A DNA stretch of 64,000 bases, taken from NCBI RefSeq assembly GCF_963921235.1, contig NC_086097.1:21764001-21828000 (forward strand). Direction: 5' to 3'. The DNA is from Mobula hypostoma (taxonomy: Eukaryota). The notes under the pieces were generated by a model that made no database searches, had not been told where the DNA came from, and saw only the letters and a list, made by a program, of their open reading frames with translations. Below are positions 35,398 to 47,210 of the stretch, one piece after another (the first letter of the stretch is position 1; each line of letters opens with the position of its first letter). The position numbers and the translations under genes are program-made.

Positions 35398-38300
35398 CTT
35401 ATGGTCTTATGGCCGAATAACTTTGAACCACAAGCACTGGCCAATGAAACCAACATATTTATACATAGCTCTTTCATGCCTGCTACCAAACATGAAACAG
35501 AGAGGACCATGGCGTAGTGGTTATCGGAATGTTACTTCAGTGCAAACAGGCCAGGATCAATTCCTGCCACTGTCTACAAGGAATTTGTATGTTCTTCTTA
35601 TGACTGCATGGGTTTCCTCTGGGTGCTCCAGTTTCCTCCCATGTTCCAAAGACGTACAGGTTAGTAGATCAATTGGTCACATGGGTGTAATTGGGAGGCT
35701 GAGACTCATCGTGCCAGAAAGGCGTGTTACCCTGCTGTATCTCAAAATAAAAGTTAAACAAGCACACTGTACAGTAAATGTGAGAGAAGAAATGATTATT
35801 GAACCAGACTCTCTGCCCCCTCCCCAAAAAAAACTGTTCTGAAAAGCCAATTACCTTGGGACAACTTTATTTTAGCAGAAAAGGTTGCTGTGGTTCCTCA
35901 GTGTTCCGGACATTGTACACGTCTGAGTGGGAGTGCAGTTTATGAAATGTTTCCCTCAATAGCTCTTCAGCATCTCAGCTCACCTCCTCTGGCCGATGGA
36001 ATTGTTTACCGCTCAGCTGTCACTGCACATTGACTCAGCCACTGTGTTACAGTACGGTTGAGTGACATATGACACCGTGTGTTAAATTGACCTCCCTGCT
36101 TGTGAACATAGCCTGATCCGAGCTTCTATTTTCATTGCTTTTAACTTCACTGGCTTTCCTGACAATAAAAAGCATGGATTCGTTTTAAGGTGCTTGTTAT
36201 CTGTCTTGTGTTAAAGGCATCATCTCCAGTCTCCACAGAGGGATCTGAAAGCCTTAGGATTTTCAGGAATTCCCCAACAAATACCTGCTGTCTTCCTGAC
36301 TTTTGGAATGACGAGGTTTATTTGAATGGACCTTGATGCCTGCCTGAATCTGACACCTGCCATGCATTCCCTGAGGTTATTTGATGGGATCAGGGAATTA
36401 TTGTCAAATTTTCTCTGTGAACCTGGCTCCATCTGGAACATGAAGGGGTGAGTAAATATTTCAGGGAGAGGCTAATGATTCCACCCAGAGTTGTAGAATC
36501 TAAAGACCACAGTAGGAAGCTATCATAAACATAAGAGAGGTAATTTCCCACTCCCATTCCCTCTTCTTCTATTCTCCACTCTGGGCTCCTCTCTTCTCCT
36601 CATCTGCCTATCACGCCCCCTGGTGCCCCTTCTCCCATGGTCCACTCTCCTCTCCTGTCAGATTCCTTCTCCAACCCTTTGCCTTTTCTACCTATCATCT
36701 CTCTGCCTCTTACCTCCTCCCCCACTCACCTGGCTATACCTATCGCCTTCTAGCTTGTACTTCCTCCCCTCTCCCACCACCTTCTAATTCTGCCTTCTGC
36801 CCCCTTCCTTTCTAGTTCTTTTCCATAGAAGCTGCCTGACCTGCTGAGTTCCTCCAGCATTTTGTGTGAGATTCTGTATATGCTAGGAATCTATGCTTTT
36901 ATCACTAGTCTCTTACATCCCAGGTACTTCCTTGCATTTCCTCCTCTTGTACAGCCTCCAACGCCCAAGTGCAGTTCCGAGAAATGTGCACAGCATTCCT
37001 GCTGAGTCACAGCCAGTGATTCATAAAGGTTTAATGGGAGTTCATGCTTTTTTATTCAGTGTGCTTACTTACAGACCTTTTTTTTAATATATGTGGTTTT
37101 ACTTACTTGTACTGTCAAGGATTTGCGAATGTGCACCCAGGTCACTCAGCACACTGTGGAGAGATAGTGCAAATTAATGTTACTTTGATAAAGTTCAAAG
37201 TTCAAAGTATATTTATTATCAAAGTATGTATACTTTATGCAACCTTGAGGTCCATCTCCTTACAGGCAGCCGCAAAACTAAGAAACCCAATGGAACCCAT
37301 TGAAAAAAGATGACAGTCAAACACTCAATGGGCAGAGGTTAAAAAGCCATGCGGACAATAACAGCAAACAAATAGCATTCAGAGCTGAGGTTCACAAAAG
37401 TGAGTCACAGACATGAAGCCAGGCCTGTCTGCAGCTCGTTCAGGAGCCCATAGTTGTAGGCCGCAGCCTCAGATAACGGAGCAGCAAACTGATCCAGCCA
37501 TTCTCTCGCCTCGAGCCCTGACACACCCTAACCTTTTCAATCTGGCTCAGTGCTGAAAACATCCAAACCTTGCATTGTTCCTTGCTCTTGGACCCATTGA
37601 TTTGTACCGTCTCTCTACATTGTACCTCCACTAGGGGCAGCACGGTGGTTAGCATCAGTTATCGGACAATCGAGGTTCAATTCCTGCTGCTGTTTGTACG
37701 TTCTCCTTGTTGGTTTCCTCCTGGCACTCTGGTTTCCTCCCACATTCCAATAGAGGGTCAGAGTCAGTGAGTTGTGGGCATGCTACGTCGACTCTGAAAA
37801 CGTGCCTGCCCCCAGCACATCTCAAACAGTGCCTCAAGTTTCACTGAATATTTCGATGTATATGTGACAAAATTAATCTTTTAACATTTTCTAAGGTGCA
37901 CCACTTCATTATGAACTCCCTCAAGCAGAATTTTCCTTGTGTTTGCCACGTTCTCCTGTATATTAGCTGCCTCTATATTGCCTCCCTGGCTCAGTTTGGT
38001 ATCATTAGCAAACTTTGTTTGGGTTATTTCCAAATCTAGGCTGTCTAGCCTTCACAAGAGAAAAACATAAACGTAAAAGATGCTGCAGAGGCTGGAAATC
38101 CAGAGTTACGTCCACAAAATGCTGGAGGAACTCAGCAGGTCAGGAAGCATTTATGGAGAGGAATGAACAGTCAAGCCTTTGGTCCAAGACCCTTCATCAG
38201 GATGTGAAAGGAAGAGGAAAGGAGTGAGAATAAACAGGTGGTGAGGGGAGGAAGAGGAAGGAGTACAAGCTGGCAGGGCCGAGGTGAAGTTAGGTAAGGG

Positions 38301-39222
38301 GGCAAGTGGGTAGGCTGAGGAACCTTCACAAGTGAAACATTGATTCAAAACTGATCCTTGAGGGGACCCCATTCAGAAAGGAATCTACCTCTCTCTCTCG
38401 ATACAATATTCCACCTGAGTTTCAAACTTTAAAGTAAATCTATTATCAAAGTACATATATGTCACCATATACAGCCCTGAGGTTTATTTTCTTGTGGGCA
38501 TACTCAATAAATCCATAATAGGATAATAACCATAATAGAATCAATGAAAGACTGCACCAACTTAGGTGATCAACCAATGTGCAAGAGACAACAAACTGTG
38601 CACAGACAAAATGGAGCAAAATGATAATAAATAAACAATAAATATCGAGAACATTAAATGAAGAGTCCATCAAAGAGAGTCTATAGCTTGTGGGGATACT
38701 TCAATGATGGGGCAAGAGAAGTTGAGTGAAGTTATCCCCTTCAAGAACCTGATGGTAGTAACTGCTCCTGAACATGGTGGTGTGGGTCCTGAGGCTCCTG
38801 TACCTGCTTCCTGATGAAAGCAGTGAGAAGAGAGCATGACCTGGGTGGTGAGGTTACCTGAAATGTGTGCTGCTTTCCCGTGACAACGCTCCGTGTAGAT
38901 GTGCTCAATCGTGAAGAGGGCAGTTTGTGGTGCTGAGAGATGCTGTTTGCTGATACTCTTGAGAACTGTGCTAAAGGTGCTATATAATTACACGTCATTG
39001 TTTTCTGCTGACAGACTGACTGGGCGTCCCTGTGTTTATTTCAGGTTCATTCTTCTATTTGTTCCTCCTTGTGTTCTCGGGGGATGTTCGATAGCTGGTT
39101 TTCATCAACAAATCCAGCAGGTGTGAACCCAAAGATCTGAAACTCAACACTTGAAATATTGTGTAAATTGACAAGTGGGTCATCCTTACCTACTCCATTT
39201 ACTTATCCTCCATCCTACTAGG

Positions 39223-39940
39223 TAGAACATAGAACATAGCACAGTACAGGCCCATTGACTCCAATATTGTGCTGACCTTTTAACCTACTCTAAGATCACT
39301 CTAACCCTTCTCTCACACTTAGTCCTCCATTTTCAATCATCTGTGTGCCTACCTAAGAGTTTCTTAAATGTCCCTAATGTATCTGCCTGGCAGTGCGTTC
39401 CACAAACTCACCACTTTCTGTCTAAAAAAGCATGCCACTGACATCATCCCTCTATTTTCCTCAAATCACCTTAAAATTATCTCCTTAATATTAGCCATTT
39501 CCACCCGGGAAAAAAGCCTCTGGTTAGGCTCATGGTCTATGCCTTTTACAACCTGTACATCTCTATCAATTCACTTCTCATCCTCCCTTGCTCCAAAGAG
39601 AAAAATCCTAGCTTGCTTAACCTATTTTCACAAGCCGTGTTCTCTAATCTAAGCAGTATCCTGGTAAACACAAGGAAACCTGCAGATGCTGGAAATTCAA
39701 GCAACACACGACGAAGGGTCTTGGCCCGAAATGTCGACTGTACCTCTTCCTATAGATGTTGCCTGGCCTGCTGCGTTCACCAGCATTTTTTTTTTGTGTG
39801 TGTTGCTTGAGTATCCTGGTAAATATCTTCTGCATTCTCTCTAAGAGAGTCTACATCCTTTCTTTAATGAGGTGACCAGAACTGAACATAATACTCTAAG
39901 TGTAGTCGAAGCAGGGCTTTATAGATCTATAACATTACCC
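39223..39940 (-). mobile_element. CR1 fragment, minus strand, interrupted by a Penelope-derived insert at 39669-39809
   Basis: tagaacatagaacatag tail and reverse-complement CR1 body; 14-bp TSD agtatcctggtaaa (39655-39668 and 39810-39823). Confidence 0.8.
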
Positions 39941-41269
39941 CTTGAACTGAATATATATGACCAAGAACCACATGATATCTTACAGAAGTATACAGCATGG
40001 AAACAGGTCCTCCAGCCATTAAGTCAGTGCCAACCATCAGGTACCCATCAAGAAATCAATGAAGTTATGAGAGGTGCAAATAAGGTGAATAGCGAAGGTC
40101 TTTTCTCCAGGGTAGGTGTGCCTACTCTGGCTGCTCTGGAGAGCAGATCTCAGGACCCAATCTGGTTCGGAATCCTGTCGTTTGCTCCTATTGTTTGCAT
40201 GATGTGTGTATGTTATTTGTTCCTTCTTTCTCAACCCAGTGGTTTTGGTCTTTCTTTTTTAAATTTTTTTTTTGAATTTCTTGCATTGTAGCTGCCTGTA
40301 AGTAGATAAATCTTAAGGTGTATAATTTATACATTTGATAATGAATGTACTTGAATCTTGAATTTCTAAAACAAGAGGACAAGAGGTCATAGGCTTAATG
40401 TGAGCGTAAAGAATTAAAAGGGACATGAGGGGCAACTTTTTCCCACATAGAGGGTGGTGAGTATATGGAATGAGTTGCCAGAAGATATGGTACAAATATC
40501 AGTCTCCTCTCCATAGACTGTCTATTCTTATTGCTGACTTGATGAAGTAGCCAGCAGAATAAAAGACCCCACCTACCCCAGTCATTCTCTCTTTTCTCCC
40601 CTCTTCCACTGGGCAGAAGATACAAAAGCCTGAAGGCACGTACCACCAGGGTCACAGACAGCTTCTACTCCACTACTATAAGATTGTTAAACAGTTCCTT
40701 AGTACAATAAGATGGACTCTTGACCTCATAAAGTACCCCATTATGAATTTGCACCTTATTCTCTGCCTGCACTCCACTTTCTTCGTAACTGTAACCCTTT
40801 ATTATGCATTTTGTTATTGTTTTAACTTGTACTACCTCAATTGGTGCTTGGAAGTAGGTACAGAGGAGATGCCGGGGTAACTTTTTAAAAAAATTATACG
40901 CAGAGAGTGGTGAGTGCGTGGAATGGGCTGCCAGCGGAGGCGGAAACGATAGGGTCTTTTAAGAGACTCCTGGATGGCTACATGGAGCTTAGAAAAATAG
41001 GTGGCTATGGGTAAAGTCTAGGTAGTTCTAAGGTAGGGACATGTTCGGCACAGCTTAGTTCCAAAGGGCCTATATTATGCTGTAGGTTTTCTATGTTTCT
41101 AATTGTCATGAATTAATCAGTATGAACGGTATGCAAGGCAAGGTTTTCATTGTGCCATGGTACATGTGGCAATAGTAAATCAATCTACCTCACCATGCTC
41201 TTTGTATTTCATTTCACTCCCTGCTCTGCACTCTCTCTGGAACTGTTACACTACATTATGTAGTAATAT

Positions 41270-41845
41270 AGGATGTAATGCTGAGGGTTTATAAGGCACC
41301 AATGAGGCCTCACTTGGAGTAGTATGTGCAGTTTTGGACCCCTTTTCTAAGAAAGGATGTGCTGACATTGGAGACGGTTCGGATGAGGTTCACAAGAATG
41401 ATTCCATGAATGAAAAGCTTATTGTATGAGGGGCGATTGGTGGCTCTGGGCCTTTAGTCACTGGAAGGGGGGTGGGAGTGGAGTCTCATTGAAACCTATT
41501 GAATATTGAAAGGCCTAGGTAGAGTGGATGTTTCCTATGGTGGGGCAGTCTGGGACCAGAGAGCACAGCTTTGGAGTAGAGGGACCTCCATTTAGAATGG
41601 CGATAAAGAGGAATTTCTTCAGCCAGAGGGTAGTGAAACTGTGGGTTTTTTGCCACCAGCAGCTGTGGAGGCCAGGTCACTGGGTGTAGTTGAGGCAGAG
41701 ATTGATAGATTCTTGGTTAATCAGGGCATGAAAGGTTACCGGGAGAGGTAGGACAATGGGGCTGAGAGGGAAATGGATCAGCCATGATGAAAAGCACAGC
41801 AGACTCAATGGGCCGAATGGCCCAATTCTGCTCCTATGTCTAATG
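41270..41845 (+). mobile_element. CR1 3' fragment
   Basis: Collinear with the CR1 copies at 22112 and 34365. Confidence 0.8.
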
Positions 41846-43431
41846 ATGTTATTCTGCATTGTGTTTTCTTTATACTACCTCAATGTACTTATGTATGGAA
41901 TGATCTGCCTGGATAACATGCAAGCAGAACATCTTCATTGTATTTCGATGCATGTGACTGTAGTATATCAACACTAATGACAATACCCAGAAAGACCGTG
42001 GGAAGGACTTCCAGAGGTTAGGTTCCAGACAACCGAAGACATGGCCACTGATGGCGGGGTGAGGGAAGAGGGCAGAAACCTTAGAAGTTTGCATAACTGT
42101 AGCAGGTTCCAGAGGCACAAGAGGTAAGGCTGTGCCAGGATTTGAAAATATGGATTGAAGTATAACGCTTGACCTCCTCCCATGTTTCCTGATGGACGCA
42201 GTGACTAGAAGAAACAGTCTGGAGAGCTGCTGAGAACAGAAAGTGGAAAGAGAACAGAGATTAACTCCCTTTTCTTCAGCTTCTGAACATTTCTCTTTCC
42301 TTTCTAGAGTCCTAGAGCAATACAGTACAGAAACAGCCCCTTTGGCCCATCTGCTGTCTCTGGACATGTATCTGACAGTCGGGTGAAGCTCGCTGACCTG
42401 CCTGTTTCCATGACATTCACTGAGAAACAGGCGTCTGTTGACCTAATCAAGTGTCCTGGCTGAATTGCCAGCTGCACTCGCCTGTGTTTAAAAACATGCA
42501 GATGTTCCTCTCATTACTCGCATGCTGTTGGGGTGATCATTCAGCCGTAGTCAGTGACCATGGGGATTTGTGCATGTGCTGATCCGCAGTTTGTCTTTGG
42601 AAGGTGTTCCTGGCTGCTGCTGACCTGACGAGACTCAGCGTGAGCAGGAGCATGTTTTCCCCTGTGCCCGAATGCTGGTCTGTGCGTTCCGCCGCATCCA
42701 GCGTCAATCGCGCAGCTGAGGCGGTACCATCCGACCAAGGACACCAACCTCCTATGCAGGAGAGTTGTTTTGCAAACTCAGCTGCTGAGGCTCCTGATGC
42801 GGTGAGCTGCACTGCAAACATTTCCTTAAAGCATTCCTGAAGCTAAGCCTTTGGTCGTCTTTGGTAATGTGGCTGTGTCAACTTGTGTTTGGTAACTTTT
42901 TTTTAATGACATGTATACGACATTTTATTGGATTAATCTGTTGTTGGTAAAGGTCTGGCCTCTATCTTATGCAGTTATCATTAACATACAGGTTGTCTAG
43001 TTGTTACCAGGTTCCCTTTGTTCCCCCTGACATCCCACATTCTCATTGTGGGAGTTAACTGTGTGCGCACTGGCTACCACTTAACAAAAGATGTACAGAA
43101 CTGTGCAAAAGTCTTAGGCACATATATGCTCTGTACCGCTGCCACACAAAAACATGACAGATGTGAGTGATGATAAACCTGCTTCTGAGGACAAGGAGAG
43201 GGGTGTCGTGGTTGGGAAAAGGGAAGGGAAAGGGGAGAAAGCAGGAAGTGCCAGAGAGACATTCTATAAAGATCAATAAACCGATTGTTTGGAATCAAAT
43301 GACCTTGTCTGGTGTCTCAGGGCTGGGTGTGCCTGCATCTGTGTGCCACCTGCCACTCCTAGCACACCTTCTCTGCCACCTGTCTCACACCCCTCCTGTG
43401 GCACTCCACCCTCACCATTCCCAACATTCTT

Positions 43432-43848
43432 TAGAAACATAGAAAACCTACAGCACAATATGGCCCTTTGGCCCACAAAGCTGTGCCGAACATGTCCTTA
43501 CCTTAGAACTGCTGGGCTTACCCATAGTCCTCTATTTTTCTAAGCTCTATGTATCCATCCAGGAGTCTCTTAAAAGACCCTGTCGCTTCCACCTCCACCA
43601 CCGCCACTGGCAGCCCATTCCACGCACTCACCATTCTCTGCGTAAAAAACTTACCCCTGACATCTCCTCTGTACCTATAGTACTTCCAAGCACCTTAAAA
43701 CTATGCCCTCTCGTGCTCGCCATTTCAGCCCTGGGAAAAAGCCTCTGATTCTCTACATGATCAATGCTTCTCATTACCTTGCACACCTCTATCAGGTCAC
43801 CTCTCATCCTCCGTCGCTCCAAGGAGAAAAGGTCGAATTCACTCAACC
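43432..43848 (-). mobile_element. CR1 3' fragment, minus strand
   Basis: ORF 43628-43846 has FSLERRRMRGDLIEV...TRGHSFKVLG; tagaaacatagaaa tail. Confidence 0.85.
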
Positions 43849-43989
43849 GAGGTAGAGTTTATTCCTGCCAAATTTATAAACTCGCTCTCTGCTTCACGTT
43901 GACAGATATAGTATTGTGCAAATCTGAGGCACCTTAACTATGTATATGTGCCTAAGACTTTTGCACAGTATTGTACTATGTTTGTTAAG

Positions 43990-45097
43990 GCATTTAATAA
44001 GATTTTCCCTAGAGAGAGTTATTCAGAAAGTCAAGGAGGCATGTGATCCAGGGGAATCTAACTGTGTGGATTCAGAATTGGCTTGCCCACAGAAGGAAGA
44101 AGGTGGTTGTAGATGGAGTGTATTCTGCCTGGAGGTCAGTAACTAGTAATGTTCCACAGGGATATGTTCTGATAACCCTGCTCTTTCTAATTTTTATAAG
44201 TGACTTGGATGAGGAAGTGGAAGGGTGGCAGATGACATGAAGGTTAGTGGGGTTGTGAATAGTGTAGAAAGTTGGTGAGATGCAGAGCTGGGCTGAGAAG
44301 TGGCAGATGCAGTTCAGCCTGGAAAAAGTGTGAATTGATTCACCTTGGAATTTGAATTCAAAAAAACAGGGCTAATGGTAGGATTCTTAACAGTGTGGAG
44401 GATCGGAGAGATCTTGGGGTCCATGTCCATAGATCCTTCAAAGTTACCGCATAGGCTTGTTAAGAAGCCAAATGGTGAGTGGACCTTCATTAGGTGGGGG
44501 ATTGCGGTCAAGAGCTGAAAAGTAATGTTGCAGCTCTATAAAACCCTGGTTAGACCACATTTCAAATACCGTGTTGAGTTCTGGTCACCTCATTATAGGA
44601 AGGATGTGGAAGCTTTAGAGAGAGTGCGGAGGAGATTTACCTGGATGCTGCGGAATTAGAGAGCATGTCTTATGAGGGTAGGTTGAGTGTCCTAGGACTT
44701 TTCTGTCTAGAGTGAAGGAGGACGAGAGGTGACTTGGCAGACGTATACAAGATGATAAGAGCTATAAATGAAGTGGATAGCCAGAAATTTTTCCCCCCAG
44801 GGTGGAAATGGTTAATATGAGAGGCTTTAAGTTTAAGGTGATTGGAGGAAAGTATAGAAGGGATGTGAGTGGTAGGTTTTCACACACAGAGTGGTGGGTG
44901 TGTGTAATGCATTGCCAGGGTGGTGGTCGAGGAAAATACATTAGTAACATTTAAGAGACTCTTAGGCGCGTTGATGATAGAAAAATGGAGGGCTATGTAG
45001 GAGGGAATAGTTAGATTGATCATAGAGCAGGTTAAAAGGTCAGCACAACATTGTGGACTGCAGAACTTGGACTGTGCTATAATGTTCTATGTTCTAA
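43990..45097 (+). mobile_element. CR1 LINE RT-to-3' fragment, degenerate
   Basis: Peptide [30 protein letters not shown]...[10 protein letters not shown]; tgttctatgttct tail. Confidence 0.85.
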
Positions 45098-45840
45098 AGC
45101 TAAAGATAGAAACCTGGCACCAGATAAACAAAGCAACTAGGAAGAAGCTAATGTTCATTAACATCTCTGTCTAGACCCTTGTATGTTCCCCATAAGGTTT
45201 GAGCTGACTATATGCTAATATTGCCTTACATATACTAATTTTATTTTACTAGCCAATGAATGAATCTTGGCTAACATCCAACCGCAATGGGGGAGGTGAT
45301 TTTCAAGTGATGCTGCAGGATATTTTGAGTTCAGGAGAACAGGCTCTTGGTTTAACACCCCTTTCTAAAGACTGTGTACGGAGAGATCATGGGACTTGAA
45401 CCCATGACCTTCTGATCCAGACACCCACCGAGACAAGGTTGGCATCAAGCACCAAGGAGCTGTTCTCTTGCATTGTTTCAGGAAAGGCTAAGGCAGCCAT
45501 TGTAAAGAGATTTATCTTGAAGGTAAACGAGATTGTTGTGAAACTGTTCTTGGATTCCTGCTGTCATAGTATAAACTCAGTGGCCACTTTATTATGTACA
45601 AGAGGTACCTAATAAAGTAGGCACTGAGTGTAATAGCAAAATGGTGCTTATAAGATCTAGGCTCCAACTCTGAACAAACATAATTAAATTGTAGCCAATT
45701 TTAATCTTGCATCAATATCCAAGCGCTTAGCAGTTGATGGATATACTATGACAGACTTGGAACTTTTTACATAGATTGTCTGAAAGATTCTGTATATTTC
45801 AATCAGAAACACCTCAGACATTTGCAAGAAAACTAACATA

Positions 45841-46410
45841 CACTCAGTGGCCGCTTTATTAGAAACACCTGTACACCTGTTCGTTAATGCAAATATCTAA
45901 TCAGCCAAACATGTGGGAACTAGGTCAATACATTAAAGCATGCAGCCATGGTCAAGAGGTTCAGTTTTTGTTCAGACCAAACATCAAAATAGGGAAGAAA
46001 TATGATTTGAGTGACTTTAACCTTGGAATGACTGTTGGTGCTAGATGGGGTGGTTTGAGTATCTCAGAAACTGCTGATCTCCTGGGATTTTCACACACAG
46101 TCTCTAGAGTTTACAGAGTATGGTGCGAAAAAAAGACAAAAACTCCAGTGAGCAGCAGTTGTGGCTGAAAATGCCTTGTTAATGAGAGAAGTCAGAGGAG
46201 AATGGCCAGACTGGTTTAAGCTGACAGAAAGCTGACAGTAACTCAAGTAACCATGTGTTACAGCACTGGATTGCAGAGGAGCATCTCAGAACACACAGAG
46301 CATCAAAATGTGAATTGGATGGGCGATAGCAGCAGAATGCACACAGGGTTGTGCTCCTGTGGCCACTTTATTAGGTACACTCCTGTACCTGATAAAATGG
46401 CCACTGGGTG
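45841..46410 (+). mobile_element. Non-autonomous Tc1-like element with transposase N-terminal remnant
   Basis: TA|cactcagtggccgctttattag ... gataaaatggccactgggtg TIRs. Peptide GKKYDLSDFNLGMTVGARWGGLSISETADLLGFSHTVSRVYR is the Tc1 HTH region. A TIR-only mini copy lies at about 45575-45630. Confidence 0.85.
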
Positions 46411-47210
46411 TCATGGCAAAATGGTGATGATGTCATCATTTGTGTAGGCAGAAACTCCTTGCATTTAATGTTGGCAGCCATGAGTTGGGGAGCCAATCTA
46501 GAACAGCATATGTCTTTGAAATCAATGCTGATGGACAGATTTATTTGAAGTTATACATGAACTTTTAAGGTTCATTGCCTGAGTGAGAATGTTTTCATCT
46601 GGCCAGAAATCCTAAAATAGGGGCTATCAGTGTTCCCCTTATTACTCGTGGATCTGACAGTGAATTGAGCAGCACTTTGTTTGTCCACATCAGAGGAGCA
46701 GAAGTTAGAACAGATATGATATGGGAAAATGGCACAGAAGCATTTGAGGGAATAGCTTCCTCAGTGGGTCAAGAGGAAGACAAAATGGTACCAATGAAGG
46801 AGCTATGATTAGATAAAGAAGGGAGGGGAATCGTGAACACTGAAGTGGATTAGTTTTGCACTCTGTCGATGCACAGTAGAGCCTCTCCTGAGTGGTTGCA
46901 TCATGGTCTGGCGTGGAAGCCCCAATGCCCAGGAACAGGGAAGGGTACAAATAGTGGTGGATAGACCCCACTCCATCCCAGGCAAAGCCCTCCTCTCTGT
47001 TGAGAACACCTACAAGAACTGCTGCCACAAGAAAGCAGTACTCATCATCCCAGACCCCTCACCATCCAGGCCACATTCTCCAGGTTCAAGAATATTTATT
47101 TCCCCATCAGGCTCCTGAACCAGTGTGGATAGCTACATTCACTCCAACACTGAACTGATTCCGCAACTTATAGACTCACTTTCAACAACTCTCCAACTGT
47201 TGTTCTCAGT

